This document shows, in pieces, positions 36,073 to 47,840 of a DNA stretch of 64,000 nt. Below the pieces are notes generated by a model. It searched no databases and was not told where the DNA came from. It saw only the letters and a program-made list of their open reading frames with translations. A program made the position numbers and the translations under genes. The stretch's first letter is position 1, and the number at the start of each line of letters is the position of its first letter. Source of the stretch: Squalus acanthias (lineage: Eukaryota); assembly GCA_030390025.1 (NCBI GenBank), contig CM059443.1, positions 59,458,001 through 59,522,000 of the forward strand. The letters are read 5' to 3'.

Positions 36073-36488
36073 CCCACCTGACGTAGAGTCATCCAGACTC
36101 GAGTCGTCGTTGGCTTGTTCTCTCTACACAGATGCGGCCGGACCTGCTGTGATTTCCAGCAAAAAAAGTTTTTTGTTTTCCATCCAGACCCCAGCATCTG
36201 CCACAATTGACCCCTTGTGACCCCACCTCATTGTCTTTGATGTAATGTTTTCCTGACTGACCTGTTTGGACACCATCCTCACCTTTGATTGCCGTGATTG
36301 TCTCTCTGCCGAGGTGTGATAAAGGGCAGTTAGAAAGATTAACTGTAATCACCTGGCAGTGTTCTCTGACTATATATGCTGTGCCTATATGCATCTCTTC
36401 ACTTCACCTGACGAAGGAGCAGCGCTCCGAAAGCTTGTGATTTCAAATAAAGCTGTTGGACTATAACCTGGTGTTGAGCGACTTCTCA
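36073..36488 (+). mobile_element. Penelope-like non-autonomous insert with two hammerhead motifs
   Basis: Flanking direct repeat CTAATATC at 36065-36072 and 36489-36496; 5' part resembles 55072-55203 and 3' part resembles 42223-42423. Confidence 0.7.
36404..36440 (+). ncRNA. Minimal type I hammerhead ribozyme motif
   Basis: Stem I TCAC/GTGA, core CTGACGA, stem II GGAGC/GCTCC, GAAA, palindromic AGCT plus H. Confidence 0.75.
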
Positions 36489-36639
36489 CTAATATCTCCT
36501 GATGTGGTTGGGTGTCAATTTTTTTTCTGATGAGGCGCCCGTGAAGCGCCGTGGGACCTTTGACTACGTTGAAGGTGCTCTATAAATGCAGGTTGTTGTT
36601 GCTGTGAGTGCACAGCCCCGCGGGTAACCGGGACAAACA

Positions 36640-36900
36640 AAACAGGGAGGTCCCAGAATCACCGCGCGATGCCGAGTCCGTGGATCTCAGCCAGGGCGGT
36701 GCAACAACTAGCCTCAGTACCCCTGGGCTGCAGAAGGGAAAAAAGCAGCCAAGGTCCATTACCCAGCGACCTTCAGTAAAAGCTACCCATGCTACGTTGG
36801 GTGAGGTGAAGGTCCAGGCTCAGCTTGTGATGCCCCCAATACTCACTGTCTGGGAGCAAATGAAGGTCTCGGGTGAAGTATTGCAGGATGGGCAGTGCCT
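36640..36900 (+). mobile_element. Ancient SINE relic (same family as 33290-34080)
   Basis: GATCTCAGCCAGGG..GCCTCAGTACCCCTGGGCT..GGGAAAAAAGCAGCCAAGG..CTCACTGTCT. Confidence 0.5.
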
Positions 36901-36917
36901 CCAGTGCAGGATCTGGT

Positions 36918-37236
36918 GGGCGGGGGAATTTTCTCTCACCGCGTGGCACAAAACTGACGGTAGCGGTTCAGCTGCCTGCGATGCACCTCGCCTGACTTTT
37001 CCTCTCTGTTGGCTTCAATGTATAACGGGTCGGCAACCAATCTTGCCCCGTAATTTCCTTTTGGGTGCGCGGACCCTTTAAGGGGCTGCATGGCCATTCA
37101 CAGTTTAACTTACCGTTGAGAAAGCCGGGCTGTGCGGGACCGGCAGAGAGCTGTGCGGCTGCGCGGCTTATCGGGAACGTTGCCGCCAACCCTCACCGGC
37201 AGTTTTCCACCACTGCCGAAAGTGAAGATCACCCCC
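36918..37236. mobile_element. Degenerate Harbinger-type MITE
   Basis: GGGGGAATTTT / GAAGATCACCCCC termini; GC-rich interior. Confidence 0.5.
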
Positions 37237-37292
37237 TTGGTGTCCTCAGAAGGTTGTGGGTTCCAGCCCCACTTCAGGACTTAAGCACGTAA

Positions 37293-37935
37293 TTCAACAA
37301 CACTCAAGAAGCTCGACACCATCCAGGACAAAGCAGCCCGCTTGATTGGCACCCCATCCACCACCTTAAACATTCACTCCCTCCACCACCGGCGCACCGT
37401 GGCTGCAGTGTGGACCATCTACAAGATGCACTGCAGCAACTCGCCAAGGCTTCTTCGGCAGCACCTCCCAAACCCGCGACCTCTACCACCTAGAAGGACA
37501 AGGGCAGCAGAAGCCTGGGAACACCACCACCTCCAAGTTCCCCTCCAAGTCACACAACATCCCGACTTAGAAGTGTATCGCCGATCCTTCGCTGGGATCT
37601 TGTTGCTGGGTCAAAATCCTGGAACTCCCTACCTTTTTTTTTATTCGTTTATGGGATCAGGGTGTCGCTGGCAATGCCGGCATTTATTGCCCATCCCTAG
37701 TTGCCCTTGAGAAAGTGGTGGTGAGCCACCTTCTTGAACCGCTGCAGTTTGTGTGGTGATGGTACTCCCACAGTGCTCTTATTAGGGAGTTCCAGTACCT
37801 AACAGCACTGTGGGTGTACATTCACCACACGGACTGCAGCGGTTTAAGAAGGCGGCTCACCACCACCATCTCAAGGGGCAACTAGGGATAGGCAATAAAT
37901 GCTGGCTTTGCCAGCGACGCCCACATCCCACAAAA
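37293..37935 (+). mobile_element. CR1-group LINE family B 3' fragment with a self-nested inverted copy, inserted into an old Deu SINE (37240-38265)
   Basis: LKKLDTIQDKAARLI...HSLHHRRTVAA; inverted tail at 37635-37795. Confidence 0.85.
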
Positions 37936-38496
37936 GCGAATATTTAAAAACAGGCTGACTCTTACGTGCATCACTGAGAGAGTGCTGCACTGTTGAGGTG
38001 GCCTCTTCCGGGGGAGATGTTGAAACGAGAGTCCGGCTATTGGTTCTGGTGAATGTTAAAGGTCCCGATGGCACGATTCAAAGAGGAATAGGGAGTTGTC
38101 TCCATGTCCAGGCCAACATTCGTCCCTCAACCAACATACCAAAATCAGGTTATCTACTCATTCAACTCATTTGCTGGTAGTGGGGCCCTGCTTTTCACAA
38201 ATTGCTGCCACTTTTTCCCACATAACAAACAGTGGACTACACTTCAAAAATTGGCTCTATTTGAAGGGACGGGAAATCATTAGGAATATTTTCTCAGGTC
38301 AGAGATGAAAGCATCAGTGATGAAGGTTTCAAGTAAGGAAAGGAAGGTAATGAAGGGTTGGCTAATCTGCTTTTATACAAATACAGGGAGCCCAAGGAAT
38401 TCGAGGCATCAGCCATGATCTAATTGAATGGCGGAACAGGCTCGAGGGGCAGCTGCTGTTCATATCTTCACACGTTCTTAGATATACTTGCTTATT

Positions 38497-38965
38497 GTTA
38501 GCTGTGGCTCAGTGGGTAGCACTCTCGCCTCTGAGTCAGAAGGTTGTGGGTTCTAAGTCCCGCTCCAGGGACTTGAGCACATAAAGCTAGGCTGACACTC
38601 CCAGTGCAGTGCTGAGGGAGTGCTGCACTGTCGGAGGTGCCGTCTTTCGGATGAGACGTTAAACTGAGGCCCCGTCTGCTCTCTCAGGTGGACATAAAAG
38701 ATCCTAAGGTACTATTTCAAAGAAGAGCAGGGGAGTTCTCCCCGGTGTCCTGGCCAATATTTATTCCTCAACCAACATAACAAAAACACATTATCTGGTC
38801 ATTATCACATTGCTGTTTGTGGGAGCTTGCTGTGCGCAAATTGGCTGCAGCGTTTCCCACATCACAACAGTGACTACACTTCAAAAGTACTTCATTGGCT
38901 GAAAAGTGCTTTGAGACGTCCGGTGGTCGTGAAAGATGCTATAAAATTGCAAATAATTCTTTCTA
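38497..38965 (+). mobile_element. SacSINE1-like SINE (full length)
   Basis: A and B boxes, Deu core, tail. Confidence 0.92.
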
Positions 38966-38997
38966 TTGATATATTTTTAACATTGGATTAAATATCA

Positions 38998-39248
38998 TAA
39001 AAACCCATCTAGTTCACTAATGTCCTGTAGGGAAGGAAATCTGCTGTCCTGACCTGGTCTGGCCTATATGTGACTCCAGACCCACAGCAATGTGGTTGAC
39101 TCTTAACTGCCCTCTGAAATGGCCCAGCAAGGCACTCAGTTGTATAAGGCGACTCACCACCACCTTCTCGAGGGCAATTAGGAATGGACAATAAATGCTG
39201 GCCTTGCCTGGCGACGCCCACATCCTGTGAATGAATAAATTAAAAAAA
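38998..39248 (+). mobile_element. SINE family B, 5'-truncated
   Basis: GTTCACTAATGTCC..AGGGAAGGAAATCTGC core and family B LINE tail. Confidence 0.8.
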
Positions 39249-39591
39249 ATATGGTAGCAAGCAGAATGTAGCCAATTGATGGAGCTTAAAGTCTGTTCTC
39301 TAAAGATAGACTGATTAACCTGGGTAGAGGAGTGGTATTATTCATTAAGTATGACACAGCGGCTATTGAAAGCATTGACATATTAGCAGAAGAGAAATTT
39401 GGGTAGAAATTGATAACTGAAGAGCTGCCAAAGAACAATTAGCAACCATTGATTGGCAGCTCCGATGAACAGGTCAATAGAAAGTGGTTTAGATGAGAGA
39501 GTGGGAACTGTAATTGTAATCCGGGATATTTTAATATCTCAGGTAGGTAAGCCCAGTGACAAAGGAATGCAAAGAGTTACACAGATATAAT

Positions 39592-40344
39592 GGCCCTGAA
39601 ATTCGCCTCTCTGGCTTGCCACGGGGGTAAGGATCGCGCGCGCACTTACCTACCGCGCCTGCCATTGACCTCTGGGCCCACGGGGACTTCAGCTCCTGGG
39701 CCTGCTCCAAGTGCCGGCGCGCAGTGCTTGCGTGTCCCAGGGGCGTAGTTAGTGCGATGCGTCCCCTGGGATCACATGGGCCATGGAGAGCCAATGGCAG
39801 CAGACCATCTTTCATTCATAGATTTGACAGGAAGACCTGTCAAATCTATGAATTGAAATCGGCCCCAAAAGAACAGCTAAACTTCAAATAAATTTTAAAA
39901 AAACCATCACATTTATAAAATAACTATAAGTTAAATAAATTAACTACTTTAAACAAAAATTTAAATTTTTGAAAAAATTAACAGTGCTAAAAATAAACTT
40001 ACCTTTCTTTAAAGTATCTAAAAAAGATAAACCTGTTGAAATTTTTTTTAAATTATAATTAATTAACCACTTACCTTGTTGAAAACGGGTCCTGCGCCTC
40101 CTTTTTAAAAGTGCAGGTTCTTCAATACTTACCCTCCTGGAGAAACCTGAAAAAAACCCTAAGTTTGCTGCGTGCGCGCAGCCTCTACCGCGCACACGGT
40201 TCACCTCTGAACCGCTCCCTTCACCAGACCGGAAGTTCCGGTTTCCTGCGCATGCGCAGTGCATGCAGGAAACCGGCACTTCAGGACGCCTTGCGGGTGA
40301 GTACACAGCGCGTACTCACCCGGCAAGTGCCGAATTTTTGGCCC
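39592..40344. mobile_element. Harbinger-type non-autonomous element
   Basis: GGCCCTGAAATTCG / CGAATTTTTGGCCC termini; TSD AAT at 39589-39591 and 40345-40347; GC-rich arms around an AT-rich centre. Confidence 0.82.
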
Positions 40345-40439
40345 AATAGGAGAGGCGAAAAAGAGGAAGGTGCAATCTCCTGCTTCATTTATATATTAGG
40401 GAGGATTCCCCACCACCCACAGTACTCATGAACAGGTGA

Positions 40440-40680
40440 ACTTACGGACAATGACAGACAGGAAAAGAGCCCCTGGTCCGTCCAGCCTGTCCCACACAAC
40501 TTGTGACACCTTGTGCATCTCAATATATACACTGCCCACCCTACCCGAAATCATGTGATCTCCTGGGAGAGGCGATAAACCAGATTATAAATCCAGGCCA
40601 ATTTGAGGGAAAAAATATCTGAGCAATTCCTCTCCGACCCCCCTTAGGTGGTCGAAACTAGTCCAGGAGATCACTCTGGG
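40440..40680 (-). mobile_element. CR1-type 3' UTR/tail fragment
   Basis: Inverted relative of 11948-12192. Confidence 0.6.
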
Positions 40681-41086
40681 CCTGATCATTCTATGCGCTA
40701 TCTACCTTTTGTGCCAGCTGTACCGTCACACTAGGAAAATCACACTTCTGAACGTCATTTCTGCCCGCTGGACTCTGCCCATCGGCGATGAGAAAAACGT
40801 GACCGCAATGAGCTGCTCGGTACGTTTGTGGCCAGAAAAAAATGATGGCTGGCAGGATTTGTCACTGGACGCCCAGTCTGGTGAAATATCACCTCACATA
40901 TGTTCCTCTGGTCCTCACTACCACCATGGCTTTACTGCCCTGCCACCAAAGTTCTGATCTGTGATCGCGATAACTCTAATGTAATCAGAATCAGTCGTCC
41001 GACTTGGACATATATCGACCGTTCCTTCATTGCCGTTTGGTAAAAATCCTGCAACTCCCTACCAAACAGTCCTCTGGGAGCACCTT

Positions 41087-41875
41087 AGAGTGATAGAGTT
41101 ATACAGTACAGAAAGAGGCCCTTCGGCCCATCGTGTCCATATTGGCCATCAAGCCCTGTCTATTCTAATCCCATTTTCCAGCACTTGGTCCGTAGCCTTG
41201 CATGCTATGGCATTTCAAGTGCTCATCTAAATGCTTCTTTAATGTTGTGAGGGTTCCTGCCTCTACCACCTTTTCAGGCAGTGAGTTTCAGATTCCAACC
41301 ACCCTCTGGGTGAAAAAGTTTTTCCTCAAATCCCCTCTAAACCTCCTGCCCCTTACCTTGAAGCTATGCTCCCTGGTTATTGACCCCTCTACTAAGGGGA
41401 AAAGTTCCTTTCTATCTACCCTATCTATGCCCCTCATAATTTTGTACACCTCAATCAGGTCCCCCCTCAGCCTTCTCTGCTCTGAGGAAAACAACCCCAG
41501 CTTGTCCAGTCTCTCTTCATAGCTGAAGCGCTCCAGCCCAGGTAACATCCTGGTGAATCTCCTCTGCACCCTCTCCAATGCAATCACACCCTTCCTATAG
41601 TGTGGCGACCAGAACTGCACACAGTATTCCAGCTGTGGCCTAACTAGCGTTTTGTACAGCTCCATCATAACCTCCCTGCTCTTATATTCTATGCCTCGGC
41701 TAATGAAGGCAAGTATCCCATATGCCTTCTTAACCACCTTATCTACCTGTCCTGCTGCCTTCAGGGATCTATGTACATGCACACCAAGGTCCCTCTGATC
41801 CTCTGTCCTTCCTAGGGTCCTACCATTCATTGTGTATTCCCTTGCCTTGTTAGTCCTCCCAAAATGCATCACCAC
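41087..41875 (-). mobile_element. CR1 family C fragment nested in a family B LINE tail (about 40997-41985)
   Basis: 195-aa ORF VMHFGR..QRDLGVHV..LVRPQLEYCVQFWSPHYRK..RRLRGDLIE. Confidence 0.93.
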
Positions 41876-42222
41876 ATGGACTGCACCAGTTCAAGAAGAA
41901 GGTCCACTGTCACCTTCTCAAGGGCAACTAGGGATGGGCAATAAATACCAGCTTTGCCAGCGCCACCCACATCCCAAGAATGTAAAGATTTTATTCAGCA
42001 GTTCACTAGAAATGATCAGTATCCTGGAGACAAATGAACACAAATTTTCAGGATTTGGTATTGTGTTACTTCTGAAGCCAAAAGTAACCATCTAGATGTT
42101 CAAGGCTTTAGAAGAGCTAAACTATTGATGTATTGGAAAATAAAATAATAGATTTTTTTCTGATCTATTTCAAGGAACATGAAAAGGAAATTGAGGGAAA
42201 ATTAATGGCTTGGTCTAAAACA

Positions 42223-42423
42223 AAAATGAGAAGTCGCACTACACCAGGTTATAGTCCAACAGTTTTATTTAAAATTACGAGCTTTCGGAGCTCTGCTCCT
42301 TCGTCAGGTAAACCTTAAGCTCCAAAAGCTCGTAATTTAAAATAAAACTGTTGGACTATAACCTGGTGTTGTGCGACTTCTCATTTTTGTCCACCCCAGT
42401 CCAACACCGGCATCTCCGCATCA
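42223..42423. mobile_element. Penelope-like foldback mini-element
   Basis: About 70-bp inverted arms (42221-42292 and 42318-42389); 12-bp TSD TGGTCTAAAACA at 42211-42222 and 42424-42435. Confidence 0.8.
42275..42311 (-). ncRNA. Minimal type I hammerhead ribozyme motif
   Basis: Minus strand TTAC-CTGACGA-A-GGAGC aga GCTCC-GAAAGCTC-GTAA. Confidence 0.75.
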
Positions 42424-42597
42424 TGGTCTAAAACAGGCTTAACCATAGAAAGTCTAGGGCGATGATAAATGTACAAAGCTTTGTCTGGGGAAGGGACAGT
42501 GACTAACGCAGTTGGGTTGACTAACTACCAAATTGGGCTGCAGGTGGGCAATCCAGCAGCGCTCAGCCTTTAGGCCTGAGTGGGATTCCAGGCCGAA

Positions 42598-42787
42598 GGG
42601 GGACAATTTTAACCTAACCTGGCCATCAGGAGACTGATGGGATCGGGTGCACCGCTGGTTTTACACCTACCCAAATGTTGCTCTCCGTCGAAGTCACTGA
42701 GGAGCAATATCGGGCGGGGTGGAGAGCCGGTGGTTCCACCTGATCCCATGGGTTTCCTGCCCGGAGAGTTGGCTGAAAATCACCCCC
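42598..42787. mobile_element. Harbinger-type MITE
   Basis: GGGGGACAATTTT / AAAATCACCCCC termini. Confidence 0.6.
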
Positions 42788-43464
42788 AATGTCTTTTCTC
42801 TTTCTAATGCAGACAGATCTGCTGTAGTTTTCCTGCATTGTCCGTTCTCCCGTCTTCTTGATTCACACCGCCTCTTGGTGTGTGGGGGAGAAGTAAATGA
42901 TAAGAGAAAATAAGCACTTTATTAAAAATTAAATGGTCACAAAATCCAATTAATATGATTTTCACATGCACTAACTTTTTTGATTGTCAGTCGTGGCTAG
43001 TAGCACGAAATATCTAAAACCTAATTTATGACCGTCAACCATTCCATGTCTCCATTCTACAGCCTAAAAATAATCTGACTATAAGCAATAACAGTCACCT
43101 TGGTTGACTGTATAATATTGAGTCATGGATAGAAAAGCATCTCCACTGGACCTGGTTTTTATTACCTGGCACAGGGGATTTTCATTGACTTATTGCTCAA
43201 ATAATGCAGAAACATTATTCTCGCAACCTTTTTATTTAGTAAGAGGACGATAAACTCAGGATGAGTTATGCTTGCAAATCTGATCGAATCTACCTTGTTT
43301 GGAAATTAATGTTAAATGAAATTTCTACCCAAATAGTGATTTTATCTTCCTGACCTTATTTTCACTTATTTTTGAATATTGCTTAATTCTTGTGCTAGAA
43401 TTGCTCAGCGCAAATGGTTCCCTCTCCTTCTAACCCTTCACCTTATCCAATTGCTTATTTATTT

Positions 43465-43713
43465 TTAATTCATTCATGGGATGTGAGCGTGGCTGGTGAG
43501 GCCAGCATTTATTGCCCATCCCTAGTTGCCCTTGAGAAGGTGGTGGTGAGCCGCCTTCTTCAACCGCTGCAGTCCGTGTGGTGAAGGTACTCCCACAGTG
43601 CTGTTAGGGAGGGAGTTCCAGGATTTTGACCCAGCGACGATGAAGTAACGGCCGATATACTTCCAAGTCAGGATGGTGTGTGACTTGGCGGGGAACCTGG
43701 AGGTGGTGGTGTT
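43465..43713 (-). mobile_element. CR1-group LINE family B, 3' end
   Basis: SWNSLPNSTVG..AAHHHLLKGN*. Confidence 0.88.
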
Positions 43714-44046
43714 CAAATGCAGATTCTCTCCCCTATCCCCCATCACTTATGAAACTCATTTCATACATGAAGCCCACAACAGCCACCTTCTTTTGCAACT
43801 TCTTCAACCTATCTCCTTCATCAAACACTTTCTTCTTGGCCCTGTGCTCTCTGACATTATCAGCCTCGCCCGATCTTCAGGGTCTGGAACTCACTGTCTG
43901 AAAGGGTGGTAGAGGCAGAAACCCTCATCGCATTACAAAAGTACTTGGATATGCTCTTTAAGTGGCGTAACCTGCAAGGCTATGGACCAAGAGCTGGAAA
44001 GTTGAATTAGGTTGGATAGCTCTTTTTCAGCCGGCACGGACACGAT

Positions 44047-45793
44047 GGCTGTGATTTTACTAACCTCGGCGGGTCTGTGGCGGCCAATGTCGATGGCGGG
44101 TCTCGGTCCCACTGCTGGTTCCAGCCCGGCCTCCGAAATGACTTTCTGATGATTGGGCTTGTTAAGCCCCGCCCAGTTAGCTTCCCGGCCGATTGAAGGA
44201 AGCGGGTCTGATGACGTCATTTGATGACATGTCATCAGCCGGTTTCCTTAAAGGGACCATGAACAAATTTACTTTGACATTTGTGCTGTCAGTGTTCTAC
44301 AGCATTGAGGTGCTGCAAACACTGACAAGCACTGCACAGAGGTGCACGGCTGCACCCAGGCTCTCCCGTGACTCCCTCCATATGCTTATGCTTATGGAGG
44401 GAGTCACAGCACACAGGGAGGTCCTCTTCCCTTCCCATGGGCAGAAGAGACCTCCCCAGGACACCAATGCACTGGAGGGCACAAGCAGGGATGTCGTTAG
44501 GAGGATCTGGGTGCAGTGCCACAAACGTTTCAATGATCTAAGTAGATCACGAAACGTTAGTACAAAGCCACACTCAATCTCATCCTGCTGTGCCACTCAT
44601 CACATCCCAATCACTTTGCCTTCCCTACCCTACTCCTGCACATCCTTACTCACACCAACTTACCTTGCACCTCCACCCATCCTTCTCTAACTACATTATC
44701 ACATCCCCATCTCACTAGCCACTCCTCACACTCACCCTCATCCTAGTGTAATCATACCAACTAACAACACACAAGGGTAGGCACTTGGGTGTTTTAGCCA
44801 ATGTTCATGTAAAGTTAATGTGCTGTCAAACATTGAAATCTTTATTTTCAACACTTTACGTTCTTGGACAGATTTGTGTGCACATTTGGAAGTGGCTTAG
44901 TGAGTTGCAGTGAATAGTGAGACATAACGTTACCCCCCGCAATGCTAATGAGTGTGAAAGGAATGGCTTGGGAATTGTAGGGATGCTTTATGGTGCTGGT
45001 GTGGGGTGGTGCCAACCTGGCGCATCATGTGGCAGCCAGGGTTTACAGCATCAAGTGAAGTAAATCTGGCCATGGTGAGGCCATCCCTGGCCTCCCGAGC
45101 AGCACTGTGGTCGGGTGCTGATGCCCTGTGTCCTGTGCAGCATCAGACGATTGCGGAGAAGGTTGGCATTGTTGTTGGTGCTGCTGGTGTGCCTGGTGAT
45201 GCTGATGTTGGGGTTGATCGTGGTGGGATTCTGAGGACCAAGGTAAGAGAGTTTCAAGGGCACCCATGCTGATGGAATTGATGGCAGGTGAAGTAGAGAT
45301 GACAGATGCGATCTGTCAATGATGGGAGAGGTAATGAGGTCAGACTGCATGGAGACTTGTGTAAAGACTTGCAGCATCCTGAATCTGTAGTGGAAATGCA
45401 GTTTAGAGAAGCTAGTGGTTAAGGCAACATTTCTCAATCAGCTGGGAGCTTTGACTTGACATTTGAAGCTGTCAACTCATCAGCTGATTCAATGGTAATT
45501 GACCTCCCGCCTCAGACGAGGTCCCGGCACAGCAGGAAACTGGTGGGCGACCTGTCAAATCCAAAAAGTTGGGCAAAAAACCATTGATAAGTGGCTGCAA
45601 GCAAACTACTAATGATTTTAATTGCCTCCCCTGCCACTGCCTGTCGGGTCTGCTCAGCGCTGGCAGACCCAGCATCGGGAAAGTCCAGTGTGCGTGTTTT
45701 GACAGCGGGTTCCCGACCCGCTATCAATCAATTTAAATTTAACAGCTGACCCGCCACCCATCCCGTCCGCTGAGCGCTGGCAAAATTCCGGCC
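44047..45793. mobile_element. Harbinger deletion derivative inserted in a CR1 tail (43880-45845)
   Basis: GGCTGTGATTTT / AAAATTCCGGCC termini; TSD GAT at 44044-44046 and 45794-45796. Confidence 0.85.
44330..44555 (+). pseudogene. Myb/SANT-like DNA-binding domain exon of the Harbinger accessory gene (degenerate)
   Basis: APRLSRDSL..L.EGV..HREVLFP..G.KRP...RRIWVQCHKRFNDL, matching the Myb_DNA-bind_5 pattern with an internal deletion. Confidence 0.75.
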
Positions 45794-45914
45794 GATGGGC
45801 CGAATGGCCTCCTTCTGTACTGTAAATTTTTATGATTCTATTCTATTATTCCAAACTCTCGTAAAGATTGGGGTCATCATCCTCTCCTTAAAAAGCTTAT
45901 CCCTTGAATTCTGT

Positions 45915-47840
45915 ATAAGAACATAAGAACATAAGAAATAGGAGCAGGAGTAGGCCATTCGGCCCTTTGAGCCTGCTCCGCCATTCAATGAGATCATGGC
46001 TGATCTTCTGCCTCAATTCCATTCACTGGCCCTATCGCCATATCCCTTGATGCCCTTACTAGTCAGAAATCTATCGACTTCTGTTTTGAATATACCCAAT
46101 GACTGAGCCTCCACAAGCCTCTGAGGTAGAGAATTCCAAAGATTCACCACCCTCTGTGTGAATAAATTTCTTCTCATCTCAGTCCTGAATGGCCTACCCT
46201 TTATCCTGAGGCTGTGGCCCCTGGTTCTAGACTCCCCAGCCAAGGCAAACATTCTCCCAGCATCCACCCTATCAAGCCCTGTAATAATTTTGTATGCTTC
46301 AATGAGATCACCTCTCATTCTTCTAAATTCAAGAGAATACAGGCCTAGTTTACTCAATCTCTTCTCATACGACAGTCCTGCCATCCCAGGAATCAATCTC
46401 ATGAACCTTCGTTGCACTCCCTCTATGGCAAGTATATCCTTCCTTAGGTAAGGAGATCAAAATTGTACACAGTACTCCAGGTGTGGTCTCACCAAGGCCC
46501 TATACAATTGGAGTAAAACTTCTTTACTCCTGTACTCAAATTCTCTTGTAATGAAGGCCAGCATATTATTTGCCTTCCTAATGACTTGCTGCACCTGCAC
46601 ATTCACTTTCAGTGACTCATGTACAAGGACACCCAGGTCCCTTTGAGCATCTGCATTCCCCAATCTTTCACCATTTAGGAAATACTCTGCCTTTCCGTTT
46701 TTTCTACCAAAGTGGATAACTTCACATTTATCCACATTATATTTCATCTGCCATGTTCTCACCCACTCACTGAGCCTGTCGAGATCCCCTTGAAGCCTCT
46801 TCACATCCTCTTCACAACTGACACTGCCACCTAGCTTCCTATCATCAGCAAATTTGGAAATGTTACATTTAGTCCCCTCATCCAAATCATTGATATAGGT
46901 TGTGAATAGCTGGGGCCCAAGCACCGATCCTTGCGGTACCCTGTTAGTCACAGTCTGCCATCCTGAAAAAGACCCGTTTATCCCTACTCTTTGTTTTCTG
47001 TCTGTTAACCAATTCTCAATCCATACTAGTATATTACCCCCAATTCCATGTGCCCTAATTTTGTTCACCAACCTCTTGTGTGGGACTTTATCGAAGGCCT
47101 TCTGAAAATCCAGATACACCACATCCACCAGTTCCCCTTTGTCTACTCCACTAGTTGCATCCTCAAAGAACACCAATAGGTTTGTCAAACAGGATTTCCC
47201 TTTCATAAATCCATGTTGACTCTGCCCAATCTTACTATTAGTTTCTAAGTGCCCAGTTATTGCATCCTTTATAATAGATTCCAGCATTTTCCCAACTACT
47301 GATGTGAGGCTAACAGGCCTGTAGTTCCCCGTTTTCTCTCTCCCTCCTTTCTTAAATAGCGGGGTTACATTTGCTATCCTCCAATCTGCAGGAACCATTC
47401 CAGAATTATAGAATTTTGGGAGATGACAACCAATGCGTCCACTATTCCAATGGCCATCTCTTTCAAAACCTTAGGATGTAGATCATCCGGTCCTTAGGAT
47501 TTATTGACTTTTAGTCCCATTAATTTTGCTAGTACTTTTTTTTACTAATAATAATTTCTTTAAGTTCCTCATTCTCGCCACATCCTTGGTTTTCTCGTAT
47601 TTCTGGAAGGTTTTTTGTGTCTTTCTCCGTGAAGACAGAAACAAAGCATTTATTTAATTTCTCTGCCATTTCCTCATTCCCCATTATAAATTCTCCCGTC
47701 TTTGACTGTAAAGGACCTACATTTACCTTCGCCAGTCTTTTCCTTTTCACATACCTATAGAAGCTTTTACAATCCGTTTTAATATTTTTCGCCAGTTTGT
47801 GCTCATATTCCATTTTCCCTTTCTTTATCAATTTCTTGGT
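45915..47840 (-). mobile_element. CR1 family A LINE, about 1.9 kb, the longest in the window
   Basis: Pre-RT region, RT domain and 3' tail; several frameshifts and stops. Confidence 0.95.
46457..47398 (-). pseudogene. CR1 ORF2 reverse transcriptase domain (313-aa open segment)
   Basis: PADWRIANVTPLFKKG, NYRPVSLTS, QHGFMKGKSCLTNL, YLDFQKAFDKVPH, VPQGSVLGP, KFADD. Confidence 0.95.

Larger units (their letters stand above)
35773..36602 (+). mobile_element. L2-clade LINE 3' end interrupted by the Penelope-like unit
   Basis: Colinear with 12360-12776; resumes at 36489. Confidence 0.85.
38350..42550 (+). mobile_element. Very old CR1 ORF2 remnant fragmented by later insertions
   Basis: Decayed motifs in order: CFYTNxxSxRN (38368), KDR..GxGVVLFIK (39300), IWVEI, GDFN-like (39523), IEGKLMAW (42190). 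Confidence 0.4.
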
